Program-made: the position numbers and the translations under genes | Shown here: in pieces, positions 47,893-56,248 of the stretch | Layout: each line of letters opens with the position of its first letter | Numbering within the stretch: the stretch's first letter is position 1 | Virus record (IMG/VR): IMGVR_UViG_3300030617_000007 | Location: 1,656-65,655 of that record | From: a virus | Direction: 5' to 3' (one strand) | Length of the DNA stretch: 64,000 bases | Notes under the pieces: generated by a model | The model's database searches: none | The model's input: only the letters and a program-made list of their open reading frames with translations | Told to the model about the DNA's origin: nothing

Positions 47893-48556
47893 AATACTCC
47901 CGCATCTGCTCAGGTGTTAGCGCATGAAGTATTGTGTACCTATGGTCGCTGTATAAAAGGCCATCTTCAATGTACTGAAGTCGGGTAGATTCAGGTGCTC
48001 TTTGGTAATAGTAGCTCGGATCGAACTGAAGCTTTACATTCTGCCTAGCTAAAGCAAGCCCGGCCCATCGGTCCTCTGCCCAATCTTGCGATCCTGTTGG
48101 AGTTGAGGCTAGTATTTCCATCGCCGACTTATCGAGCCAGTAGCAGCCGCCAAAGGCGTATGCTTCTTGAGGAGAGTACCCACCACCCACGTATGAGCCG
48201 GTGGTAAATCCCTTGCTGGCCGTCATGCGATCCCAATGAACGAAGATATCATCATCTATTTTTAGGATACGGTCGTAGCCGTTTTCCAAAGCCCAGCGAA
48301 CTAATGCTTTAGTTTTTTGGTTAGAAGTGTAGTATCCATCAGGACATTTCAGGAAGACTTCATCAGGTAAAGGTTCTTTGCTTATACCTTTAGGTAAATC
48401 ACCGTAGAAGAACTTATAATCTACGGTTACATCTTTGATCCATGTGTCGCGTATAGCTGGCACCCGGTCGACTACCGGGTGCTTCAGCCAGTTCTGCATC
48501 ATGTCGTGTTGGTAGTCGTATTTATGACATGTATAGATTGCGACGAGCGTTTTCAT
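47858..48556 (-). CDS. Glycosyltransferase family 31 (galactosyltransferase/Fringe-like)
   Basis: IRDTW, YDRILKIDDDIFV (DxD), GGCYWLDKSAM, AEDRWAG, HAL. Confidence 0.8.
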   Translation of the reverse strand: MKTLVAIYTCHKYDYQHDMMQNWLKHPVVDRVPAIRDTWIKDVTVDYKFFYGDLPKGISKEPLPDEVFLKCPDGYYTSNQKTKALVRWALENGYDRILKIDDDIFVHWDRMTASKGFTTGSYVGGGYSPQEAYAFGGCYWLDKSAMEILASTPTGSQDWAEDRWAGLALARQNVKLQFDPSYYYQRAPESTRLQYIEDGLLYSDHRYTILHALTPEQMREYYGKHHTAPLGG

Positions 48557-48557
48557 C

Positions 48558-48932
48558 TCAGAAGGTCAAGATGCCGACTGCCGGAAAGACGCCGGTAAAG
48601 CCGATTGCAGGAGTGACCGTAATATCATAGCCCGATACAGCAACACTGGAAAAGTTACCTCCGCTACCTGGAGTACCTGTGGCTAATGCGAATGTAGGTG
48701 AGCCGCTTGTAGCGGTGAACTCACCGAGAAAGGCTCCTGTTGGCGGTGTCTTCACGATATCGAATCTAGGCGATACTGCCTGACTGAGCGGGTTGGAGCC
48801 TGTGGAGCTAGGGGTCAATGGGTCTACTGAAAACAAGTATATCGGGTCTGTAAGCAAGCTTACGGTGACTGGATCGGTGGTGCCGTCACCCACTACAAAG
48901 AATGAAAAACCGACTGCAATGCTTCCTGCCAT
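48558..48932 (-). CDS. Hypothetical beta-rich protein
   Basis: SD GGAG, tiled ORF. Confidence 0.5.
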   Translation of the reverse strand: MAGSIAVGFSFFVVGDGTTDPVTVSLLTDPIYLFSVDPLTPSSTGSNPLSQAVSPRFDIVKTPPTGAFLGEFTATSGSPTFALATGTPGSGGNFSSVAVSGYDITVTPAIGFTGVFPAVGILTF

Positions 48933-48969
48933 TTATTTCTCCTTGGTATTACTTTTTACTTTCAGTCTA

Positions 48970-49046
48970 TGGTCTGGGTGGTTCGATTTGAACGAACGGC
49001 CTTCCGATTCCAGATCGGAAGCTCTACCAGACTGAGCTACACCCAT
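48970..49046 (-). tRNA. tRNA-Pro(UGG)
   Basis: Cloverleaf, anticodon loop TCTGGAA, T-loop TTCAAAT, G72/A73, encoded CCA; A1-G72 mismatch. Confidence 0.9.
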
Positions 49047-49051
49047 GCGGG

Positions 49052-49408
49052 TTAGCTCGGGGTAACTGTGACGAAGTTGAACTCAAGGCCGACAGTGCGC
49101 GCGCCGGAAGGTGCGACAGTGATAGTGAGGGTGGCCACGGCGGTGAAGCTACCGGTGGTGCCATCGGGATCGACCACAGTAGCGGTGACGGTCAAGGTGT
49201 CGGTAAAGGTACCAACAGTTGTAATGGTCGGCGTAAACACTGCCGAACCATCGCTGGCGGTAGCTAGACTACCAAGAGTCTCGTCGGAAAGCGTGTAAAC
49301 GATATTCGATACCGTCGCGCCTTCGGTAATTGCTCCCGAAGCCTGGACCGGATCAATCGTAATGTCTAGCTGCTGAAGATTGGTAAGGCTTACTGTCTGA
49401 TTTGCCAT
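49052..49408 (-). CDS. Ig-like beta-rich hypothetical protein
   Basis: T/V-rich strands; SD AGGA. Confidence 0.5.
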   Translation of the reverse strand: MANQTVSLTNLQQLDITIDPVQASGAITEGATVSNIVYTLSDETLGSLATASDGSAVFTPTITTVGTFTDTLTVTATVVDPDGTTGSFTAVATLTITVAPSGARTVGLEFNFVTVTPS

Positions 49409-49520
49409 TTGATTTTATCCTAAAGCGTATCTCAATACGCGCGGTGCGCTGTGTCTTGTAGCTGTAAAGAGCTATGCCCAAGATCACTAGTAGCGCGATA
49501 ATTACAGCGGTGATGAACAT
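49353..49520 (-). CDS. Small membrane protein (55 aa)
   Basis: MFITAVIIALLVILGIALY...; TAATG overlap; not in ORF track. Confidence 0.4.
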   Translation of the reverse strand: MFITAVIIALLVILGIALYSYKTQRTARIEIRFRIKSNGKSDSKPYQSSAARHYD

Positions 49521-49669
49521 TACTCAGCCTGCGGTTGCGCTGCGTCCAACTCGTCTTTACCGTATTTCTCTTCGAACTCTTTCGCACTGAGAAATGCACG
49601 GTCCCATGTTTTCTGATCGGTATGATTACCGGCAGATGGGCAAGTGAAAGTGCGGTATTGATAAAGCAT
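49520..49669 (-). CDS. Small hypothetical protein
   Basis: ATG at 49669 after GGAGGAG. Confidence 0.5.
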   Translation of the reverse strand: MLYQYRTFTCPSAGNHTDQKTWDRAFLSAKEFEEKYGKDELDAAQPQAE

Positions 49670-49680
49670 GATCGCTCCTC

Positions 49681-49908
49681 CTACAGAGTGACTAGCGGCT
49701 GGACAGCGAGTTCGGCCTCTTTGGCTTTCGCCTGGGCACGCTCGTTGCAAAGATTGATGAAGTTGTTTAGGACCACATTGGCGAAGTCAGTCGCAAATTG
49801 TAAACTGGTATCGTTGAGAAACACAGCGAGTCCATTCTGCGTATAGACTTTCGAAAAGCCAATTGTATCCTTAAAGGTTACACTAAGCGGGATTTGCGGC
49901 TGCGACAT
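49681..49908 (-). CDS. Hypothetical protein
   Basis: ATG at 49908 after GAGGA. Confidence 0.5.
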   Translation of the reverse strand: MSQPQIPLSVTFKDTIGFSKVYTQNGLAVFLNDTSLQFATDFANVVLNNFINLCNERAQAKAKEAELAVQPLVTL

Positions 49909-50227
49909 TCTCGTTCCTCTTGGCCCGTAGCGTATCGAGGAAGCTGTTGATAGCTGCCTGCGCCTCCAGGTCCACATCGTTAGGTCGGGCTACACCGTCG
50001 TCACCGCTTGCGGTGTCTGTCCAGCGTATTCCTTTGCCATCGATAAAAGAGAGGATGATCTTTGTAAGAAGGTCCGTCTCGGCTTCGGTCTCCGCATCAA
50101 GCAGTTGGGAGGCGAATGAGCCGAGCAGCGCACGATTCGGAGAAAGTTTTTCGTTATTCAGAATCTTCGTCAGAATCCGCTGGTGTTCCTTTTTTCTTTT
50201 CATAGATAATTTCGTAAGGTAATGCAC
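49883..50227 (-). CDS. Hypothetical protein
   Basis: Tiled ORF. Confidence 0.45.
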   Translation of the reverse strand: MHYLTKLSMKRKKEHQRILTKILNNEKLSPNRALLGSFASQLLDAETEAETDLLTKIILSFIDGKGIRWTDTASGDDGVARPNDVDLEAQAAINSFLDTLRAKRNENVAAANPA

Positions 50228-50612
50228 TATCCATCGACCAAAACCGCGCCCGAGTCTTGCGCCCTTGCGTGGAAACTATCCCACAGATGCGGTGCATATC
50301 TCGAATGCAAATATTGTAATCGGTGCCTGAAAGCACGGCGTCCCATTCGGGATGGCTGTGAATAAAGCCGATAATGCTCAACCCACGCTCCTCTGCGTCT
50401 AGTCGAACTTTTTCAAAATCAATTGTGTACCACTGAACGTGGCTTGGTGATTGGTCTGCGTATCGCGGTGGATAAGCGAAACTGTCGATCCGTACTGAAT
50501 GCGGACCAAGTACTTCGCCCACCAGGAATGCTTGAATCTCGTTTTTTGAATCACGAGAAAGCCGTCTGAAATGGTCGAGTTGGCCCTTCTTGAGCCGAAC
50601 CTTATTTCGCAT
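50154..50612 (-). CDS. JAB/MPN+ metalloprotease domain protein
   Basis: NEIQAFLVG (catalytic Glu) and GFIHSHPEWDAVLSGTD (HxH-x7-S-x2-D). Confidence 0.8.
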   Translation of the reverse strand: MRNKVRLKKGQLDHFRRLSRDSKNEIQAFLVGEVLGPHSVRIDSFAYPPRYADQSPSHVQWYTIDFEKVRLDAEERGLSIIGFIHSHPEWDAVLSGTDYNICIRDMHRICGIVSTQGRKTRARFWSMDSALPYEIIYEKKKGTPADSDEDSE

Positions 50613-50713
50613 GGGGTTGGGTCTCTCGTTATTAGGGGCCGGATATTGCCGGGTATTTCCGGCATGTCTGCTACGGTTAGGTGTTGAAATCAACACGGCA
50701 GAGCATTTGTAAA

Positions 50714-50798
50714 AGGTGGTCTACGTCGGATTTTCACCAGTAACCTCCTCGGTCCTGTGAAGGATATCGGGGCGCTCTCGTAGTTGAGCTACTAGACC
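50714..50798 (-). ncRNA. tRNA-like element with expanded (16-nt) anticodon loop and degenerate T-arm
   Basis: GGTCTAG-TA-GCTC D-arm, CCCCG/CGAGG stem, AGGTT variable loop, GG-TGAAAAT-CC, TAGACC-A-CCT end. Confidence 0.55.
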
Positions 50799-50957
50799 AT
50801 AAATATAAAGTTTGCGGAGGTCTGTTCTTCACCCGGCTAAGTTTGGTAGCCCGACCTTCCGACTTGGGTGTTGTCTGTGCTTTGTGACAGCGCAAATAGA
50901 GTCGTGTTGCTCGGGTTCTGGGTTGCGTCCCTCCCCTACCTTGTCACAAACTTGATG

Positions 50958-51032
50958 TGGCTGGCTCGCTAGGTCTCGAACCTAGAACCGTTCGGTTAAC
51001 AGCCGAATGCTCTGCCGTTGAGCTACAAGCCA
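50958..51032 (-). tRNA. tRNA-Asn(GUU)
   Basis: Cloverleaf, anticodon loop CTGTTAA, U1-A72, G73, encoded CCA. Confidence 0.93.
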
Positions 51033-51069
51033 GTAAATGTCTGAGGGATAACGCGCCCCCTACGCGATC

Positions 51070-51615
51070 TTAGATCTTCTGTCCTGAACGTTTGTTGAAG
51101 TCCTCAAGACGCGCTTCGACAGCGGCGATACGGGCTTCAATAGCAGCTACGTCACCGGTCTTAGCGGTAGCGTTGAGGTCTACTTCTACGGCCTTTACGG
51201 GAGATGCTACGGCTGTCTCGACCTTAGTCACGTCCGCTTTGGCGTCGGTCTCAACGGTAGTGGCGTCGGCCTTAGCTGCTGTTGCGGTGTGATGGAAGGC
51301 GTTCTCTACGGCCTGAATGCCTTTGTGGGCCTCATTCTCGACGAAGTGAGCGGCTTTAGCTGCCAAGGACTCGTGAGTGTTACCAGCAGAGGGGGCAGCG
51401 GAACTTGGGACGGTGGCCGAGGCTACAGTAGAGGCTGTCTTTGCAACAGATGCGGCGGTTGCAGCAGGGATTGTGTGGGCGGACGCGGCGCGCTGTCTAG
51501 CTGCTATCAGACTTGCGTGAGCTGTAGGATCTACAGCATGGGCTACGAACGGCTTGGTGGCTGCGTGCTCGGCGTGCCCAACGGCAGGCGTATTAGTTAC
51601 GGGGGTATCGCTCAT
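51070..51615 (-). CDS. Ala-rich low-complexity coiled-coil protein
   Basis: 181 aa; SD GAGGA. Confidence 0.55.
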   Translation of the reverse strand: MSDTPVTNTPAVGHAEHAATKPFVAHAVDPTAHASLIAARQRAASAHTIPAATAASVAKTASTVASATVPSSAAPSAGNTHESLAAKAAHFVENEAHKGIQAVENAFHHTATAAKADATTVETDAKADVTKVETAVASPVKAVEVDLNATAKTGDVAAIEARIAAVEARLEDFNKRSGQKI

Positions 51616-51787
51616 GATGTCCTCTATAATCCTCTATATCCTCTCGAATGTTACCTTTGGGGGCGGGGCTATGGGGGAAACTATGCACCCAGCCTCACCG
51701 CCCCCTGCGTAATAACGACTGGCAGGTAGTGCCTTGCGGCTACTAGGAGGAGGCCTGCTCAGTCTATCTCGTTCGATCTCTATACCT

Positions 51788-51816
51788 AGTATAGCATGAT
51801 TCTGGCCATTTGTCAA
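51788..51816 (-). promoter_or_regulatory. Sigma70-type promoter for the tRNA-containing transcript
   Basis: TTGACA-N17-TATACT. Confidence 0.75.
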
Positions 51817-51871
51817 GTGTTTGGCAATCAAAATGCTACAAAACCAGCGTAAACATTGTGTATATTTATTT

Positions 51872-52300
51872 TCATGCCATACATTCAATAGGTTTGGCGG
51901 GAGGTATATATACGAATCCTACAACCGGCGTTCTAAAAGCAGTAGGTAGTTCCTTCTTTTTCTCTCTGTTCATGCGCACCGGATCGAATCGGTGAACCTT
52001 CTTATGACAGCTAAGGCATAGTGGAACTAAGTTCTGAGGGCAGTCGTGGCCTCCTCGCGATAAATAAACGATGTGGTGCCACTGATCGTACCCTTTCTTA
52101 TCACAGCAATAGCATTTGATATAAGGGTTAGTGGCCGGTAGATGCTTGCGCTTGTAGTCCGCGTATCGTCCGCGCCGGAACTGTAAGGCCTGACCGGTCC
52201 ACTCTCTGGGCGTACCTGCGCTTCCGTGTTTGCGCAGCCAGTCCAGTCGATCTTTGAGCTTTACTGAACTGTACTTCTTTTTGGGAAAACTTATCGCCAT
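51872..52300 (-). CDS. HNH endonuclease
   Basis: CYCC...WHHIVYLSRGGHDCPQNLVPLCLSCHKKVH. Confidence 0.85.
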   Translation of the reverse strand: MAISFPKKKYSSVKLKDRLDWLRKHGSAGTPREWTGQALQFRRGRYADYKRKHLPATNPYIKCYCCDKKGYDQWHHIVYLSRGGHDCPQNLVPLCLSCHKKVHRFDPVRMNREKKKELPTAFRTPVVGFVYIPPAKPIECMA

Positions 52301-52731
52301 TAGTCTATTCCTGCCCTAGGTACACAAGGGGCTTTCCTTCTGTGGTCTTCAGTATCCTGTTTCCTACCACCATCTTTGGTCATTGATTGACCGTGTGAAG
52401 GGGATAAGACATTGAACTGGCTTGTGCTATTGCTTGGCTCTGACGGAGGGTGACCTTCTGTTGCCCACTACGAAAGCTAGGGCACTGTATTTCACTCTGC
52501 TGGTATTAGGCTTTACTGATAACCGTTCCCAAACCCCTGTATTACACGATGTTTTTATACAATACCATTTGTTGACCTGGACGTTTGCCCCTCGAAGCGA
52601 ATGCAAGTTACTGCAAACATGAGAACATCTCACACCGGAGCCAGGAAAAACTGCTTTACGCAGAACATCGTTTTACATTGTCATACCGTACTGCTGTAGC
52701 TTTATCGAACAGACTGAAAGCTTGAGTTCTT

Positions 52732-52761
52732 AGCTTATCACACCAGTACGGGTTTTGTCAA
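52732..52761 (-). promoter_or_regulatory. Sigma70-type promoter
   Basis: TTGACA-N18-TAAGCT with TG extension. Confidence 0.6.
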
Positions 52762-52789
52762 CACCTTTTTTGAATTATTTTCACTTTAT

Positions 52790-53221
52790 TTAGCGATGCT
52801 CTTTACTCAGGTCGTCGCACTCTTGGTTCATCTCTCGGTATACATGGTCGAAATGTACCGTAACCCCTTTAGCACGAATATTTATTAGCAACTCATTGGC
52901 TAGAACGTAACCCTCGTAGTAGAGCTTATCTGAGGACGCACGCCACTTCCGGTTCATCACTTGGATGACGAGTTTGCTGTCCCCACGCACCTGAAGGAAG
53001 TCACCGCGATTGGCGACAGTCTCATACGCGATCAATCCTTTCGCCAGAGCGACGAACTCGGCCAGGTTATTAGACATACCCGGTCCGGTTCCTATAACCC
53101 CATTACCTGTAGTGGGAGAGGCCGGATTAGAGATATCGCGCAAGACGAATCCGTACGCCGCCGTACCGCCTGGGTTCTTGGGACCGCAGCTCCCGTCGAA
53201 GTTGAGTGTGTAGTTTGCCAT
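52790..53221 (-). CDS. Ribonuclease HI-like protein
   Basis: FDGSC.PKNPG, NNLAEFVAL, GDSKLVI, HVYREMNQECDDL. Confidence 0.9.
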   Translation of the reverse strand: MANYTLNFDGSCGPKNPGGTAAYGFVLRDISNPASPTTGNGVIGTGPGMSNNLAEFVALAKGLIAYETVANRGDFLQVRGDSKLVIQVMNRKWRASSDKLYYEGYVLANELLINIRAKGVTVHFDHVYREMNQECDDLSKEHR

Positions 53222-53227
53222 TGAGAA

Positions 53228-53255
53228 ATACTAGCATACTTTTTCTAAATGGCAA
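53228..53255 (-). promoter_or_regulatory. Sigma70-type promoter (leaderless)
   Basis: TTGCCA-N16-TAGTAT with TG extension; ATG 6 nt downstream at 53221. Confidence 0.6.
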
Positions 53256-53461
53256 CAAAAAAATAGTTGCGATTGTGTCCTGTATTGCACATCTTTATTT
53301 TTGAGCAACGTGTCTACTCATTTCAAAGAGGTGTCATCGTGCTGAAAAAAACCATACTATACACAGCAATGCTGCTATGTCAGTCAATTATTCCCATCAC
53401 TCGTGTACGCTTTAACCACATTGCCGATGAGAGGTACTGCATAAGGCCTCCTAAAAACATC

Positions 53462-53490
53462 TTGACATGATTACTAACCTGTGGTAATCT
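53462..53490 (+). promoter_or_regulatory. Sigma70-type promoter for DNA polymerase
   Basis: TTGACA-N17-TAATCT. Confidence 0.72.
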
Positions 53491-53557
53491 ATTCTTAGTC
53501 TCCCGAGACCGGGGCCGGTACAGTGGCGTCGTAGGAGATTTGAAGTGAAGGGTATTC

Positions 53558-56248
53558 TTGAACGAAGTACAAGCTCTCACACCTGTAAACCTTGCAACAT
53601 TGAATCCACCGTTGAAGATTACCCGTGTCACTAATGAGGCCGGTCTTTCACTACTTCAGGACTTTTTCAATAGGGTGAGAAAAGAACAAGGTGGCGTTAT
53701 TGGGTTCGATATTGAAACGACTCCGATGCGGGACTTTATCTTGCGAAAAATGCGTACGCTTCAGTTCGGTAATTCTTTCGAACAATACGTCGTTGACCTT
53801 CGTGCTTTCTGTGACGCAGAAGGTACACACACTGCTGGGGATGTGCTAGCTGACGAGCAAGGTAAGTACGGCGTTAACCTTGGTCCGGGACTACAGAAGG
53901 TCCGCGACGTAATCGCTCCTATACTATGCAGTAATGACTTCCTCAAGGTCGGCGTCATGCTGTCGTTCGAATATATGAATATGTACTGGCAGCTAGGCCT
54001 GCGTTCATATCACTTCTACGACTGCTCGATGGTAGAGAAAGTTATCTACGCAGGCGCGCTCTCACTAAAGCAGTACGGCAACTTCTCGATGGAATCGATG
54101 ATGGAGCGGTACTTCCGCGTACAGATCGACAAGCAGTATCAGGAATCCTTCACGATGGACGCCGATCTGGATGATGATCAGATCATGTACGCTGCACTCG
54201 ATACGCGTTTCCCTTTCTCTATCATGCGCGCACAGACTCTTATCCTGAAGGGTAAGACGTACGCACAAATGATTGCCAATGGCGAACCCGCTGCGGCCCT
54301 GAAGCACATCGACCCTCTAGTGACCGGAGACAACCTCCAGTGGATCGCGCAGATTGAGAACGACGCCATCGGTGCCTTCCAAGATATGCACGTCCACGGC
54401 GAGCGCCTTGATCAACCGCGCTGGCTCGCACGCGTACAGAAGTCTAAAGATAAACTCACTGAGCTTATCAAGTACACGCTCGATCCGATCTTCATTCCGT
54501 ACGTCGGTGTGAAGACTGACATCATCACTGAAGAGCAGATTCTCGAAGCCACGAACAAGTGGAAGAAGTTCAACGAGCTGTCCGATGAAGAACTCGCACT
54601 GAAGGCAGAAGCGCGCACAGCGAAGAAGGCCGGAAACATTGGCCTGTACAACCAACTCGTCGGTGAGATGAACGGTCTCGAATTAGCGCGCAAGACTGAA
54701 AAAGAAGTATGGAAGACCAAAGCTTCGGAGATGGGTAAGAAGCGCACGAAGATCAAGAACCTTGCAGCGCAATGCGAAGGCGACGCGCTGATCAACTACG
54801 GCAGCGACGCCCAACTCATGAAGATCATCACTGGGATGAAGGGCCTTGGTACCGTCAAGGATTTGAAGGACGACACTCTAGAAAAGTTTTCACACAAAGC
54901 CGTGATGAAGGCTATTCAGGAATACCACGGTCTTCAGAAAGAAATTGGAACGTACGGCGACCAGTGGGCTCAGCGTTGGGTCACGAAGCCTTGCAAAGAG
55001 GAAGGCTGGCTGCACCCGCTCGACGGGCGGCTGCACTGCGTCTTCAACCAGTACGATGCAGAGACAGGCCGGTCCAGCTCAGAGAAGCCGAACGGTCAGA
55101 ACCTTCCCCAGGACAAAGAAGTCCGCGAATGCTTCATCGCTGACGATCCTGACGAATCGGTACGCATATCTGACTGCTGCAACGCTGACACTACGGACGA
55201 GGGTGGTCATTGCTTCGGTCCAACGGATCAGTATAAAGTCTGGTGTACGAAATGCCAGAACGGATGCACGACTCACGCCGAAGACTACGTCATTGTCACG
55301 GCTGACATGTCCGGCGCAGAACTCCGCATCATCGCGGAGCTGTCCGGCGACCAAGTCTGGATCGACGCCTTCAACGCCAACGAGGACGTTCACTCGGTCT
55401 GCACGCACTTCCTGTACGGTAAAATTTGGGAAGACGAAGCATTACCAGATTGCAAATACTTCAAGCTCGGCCCGAACGGTCTACCCCTGCATGAGAAGTG
55501 CAAATGCCCGAAGCACAACGAGCGCCGTAACGCGACCAAGGCCGTCAACTTCCTTCTAGCATACGGAGGCGGACCATCCACACTCGCGAAGCGTCTAGGC
55601 TGCTCTCAGGACGAAGCTGCTGACATCATGTTCCGTCACAGCCAAGCATTTGCTGCTGTGTGGGCATACCTGGAGAAGTCCGGCAAGGACGCGGCTGTGT
55701 TGAGCAAGTCATTCGACATGTTCGGTCGGCGCAGGTTGTTCCCTAAGCCTACGAATGCGCGCGCAATCGCCTATGCCAAGCAGGACATCGAAGAGAAGCT
55801 TAGACTCGATCCGGCTGTCGCTGAGAAGAATGTAGAGACTTACTTCTTCATGCACGGTGTCAAACCAAGCGGGGATGACCTGTGGAACCTCACGCACAGG
55901 CAACCGAACAGCGGCGAAGTCGCCCGAGCGTATAAAGGCCTGTCCGGTTCCATTCAGCGTCAGGGAAAGAATCACGCAATTCAAGGAACCAACGCAACTA
56001 TCGCGAAGCTCGCAATGGGTTGCGGATTCGACAAGGATGGGGTACCTTACCTCTGGCACACACTGCCGAAGTACAAAGCGAAGATCATCAAGTTCGTCCA
56101 CGACGAGTTGGTGTTCCAATGCCCGGCGCGGTACAAGGAAGAAGTCAAGGCTCTCGTCAAAGACGCATTCAAGCGTGCGGCGGCGGCGGTCATGACATTG
56201 GTAGTTATGGAGAGTGAAGCGAATGCCGAGACTTACTGGAGCAAGTAA
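53558..56248 (+). CDS. polA: DNA polymerase family A with 3'-5' exonuclease
   Basis: GFDIETT (ExoI), YAALDT (ExoIII), TGRSSS.PNGQNLP, ADMSGAELR (motif A), RNATKAVNFLLAYG (motif B), NHAIQG, VHDELV (motif C). Confidence 0.93.
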   Translation: MNEVQALTPVNLATLNPPLKITRVTNEAGLSLLQDFFNRVRKEQGGVIGFDIETTPMRDFILRKMRTLQFGNSFEQYVVDLRAFCDAEGTHTAGDVLADEQGKYGVNLGPGLQKVRDVIAPILCSNDFLKVGVMLSFEYMNMYWQLGLRSYHFYDCSMVEKVIYAGALSLKQYGNFSMESMMERYFRVQIDKQYQESFTMDADLDDDQIMYAALDTRFPFSIMRAQTLILKGKTYAQMIANGEPAAALKHIDPLVTGDNLQWIAQIENDAIGAFQDMHVHGERLDQPRWLARVQKSKDKLTELIKYTLDPIFIPYVGVKTDIITEEQILEATNKWKKFNELSDEELALKAEARTAKKAGNIGLYNQLVGEMNGLELARKTEKEVWKTKASEMGKKRTKIKNLAAQCEGDALINYGSDAQLMKIITGMKGLGTVKDLKDDTLEKFSHKAVMKAIQEYHGLQKEIGTYGDQWAQRWVTKPCKEEGWLHPLDGRLHCVFNQYDAETGRSSSEKPNGQNLPQDKEVRECFIADDPDESVRISDCCNADTTDEGGHCFGPTDQYKVWCTKCQNGCTTHAEDYVIVTADMSGAELRIIAELSGDQVWIDAFNANEDVHSVCTHFLYGKIWEDEALPDCKYFKLGPNGLPLHEKCKCPKHNERRNATKAVNFLLAYGGGPSTLAKRLGCSQDEAADIMFRHSQAFAAVWAYLEKSGKDAAVLSKSFDMFGRRRLFPKPTNARAIAYAKQDIEEKLRLDPAVAEKNVETYFFMHGVKPSGDDLWNLTHRQPNSGEVARAYKGLSGSIQRQGKNHAIQGTNATIAKLAMGCGFDKDGVPYLWHTLPKYKAKIIKFVHDELVFQCPARYKEEVKALVKDAFKRAAAAVMTLVVMESEANAETYWSK

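Noticed and set aside
50714-50798. UGA stop-codon recoding via a UCA-containing tRNA-like element
   Set aside because: Genes read intact under code 11 and several tiled genes end in TGA with ATGA overlaps; the anticodon loop is non-canonical
53558-56248. Inteins in PolA (also checked RecA, NrdJ and terminase)
   Set aside because: The insertions lack intein N-terminal C/S and C-terminal HN-C/S/T motifs and any LAGLIDADG blocks
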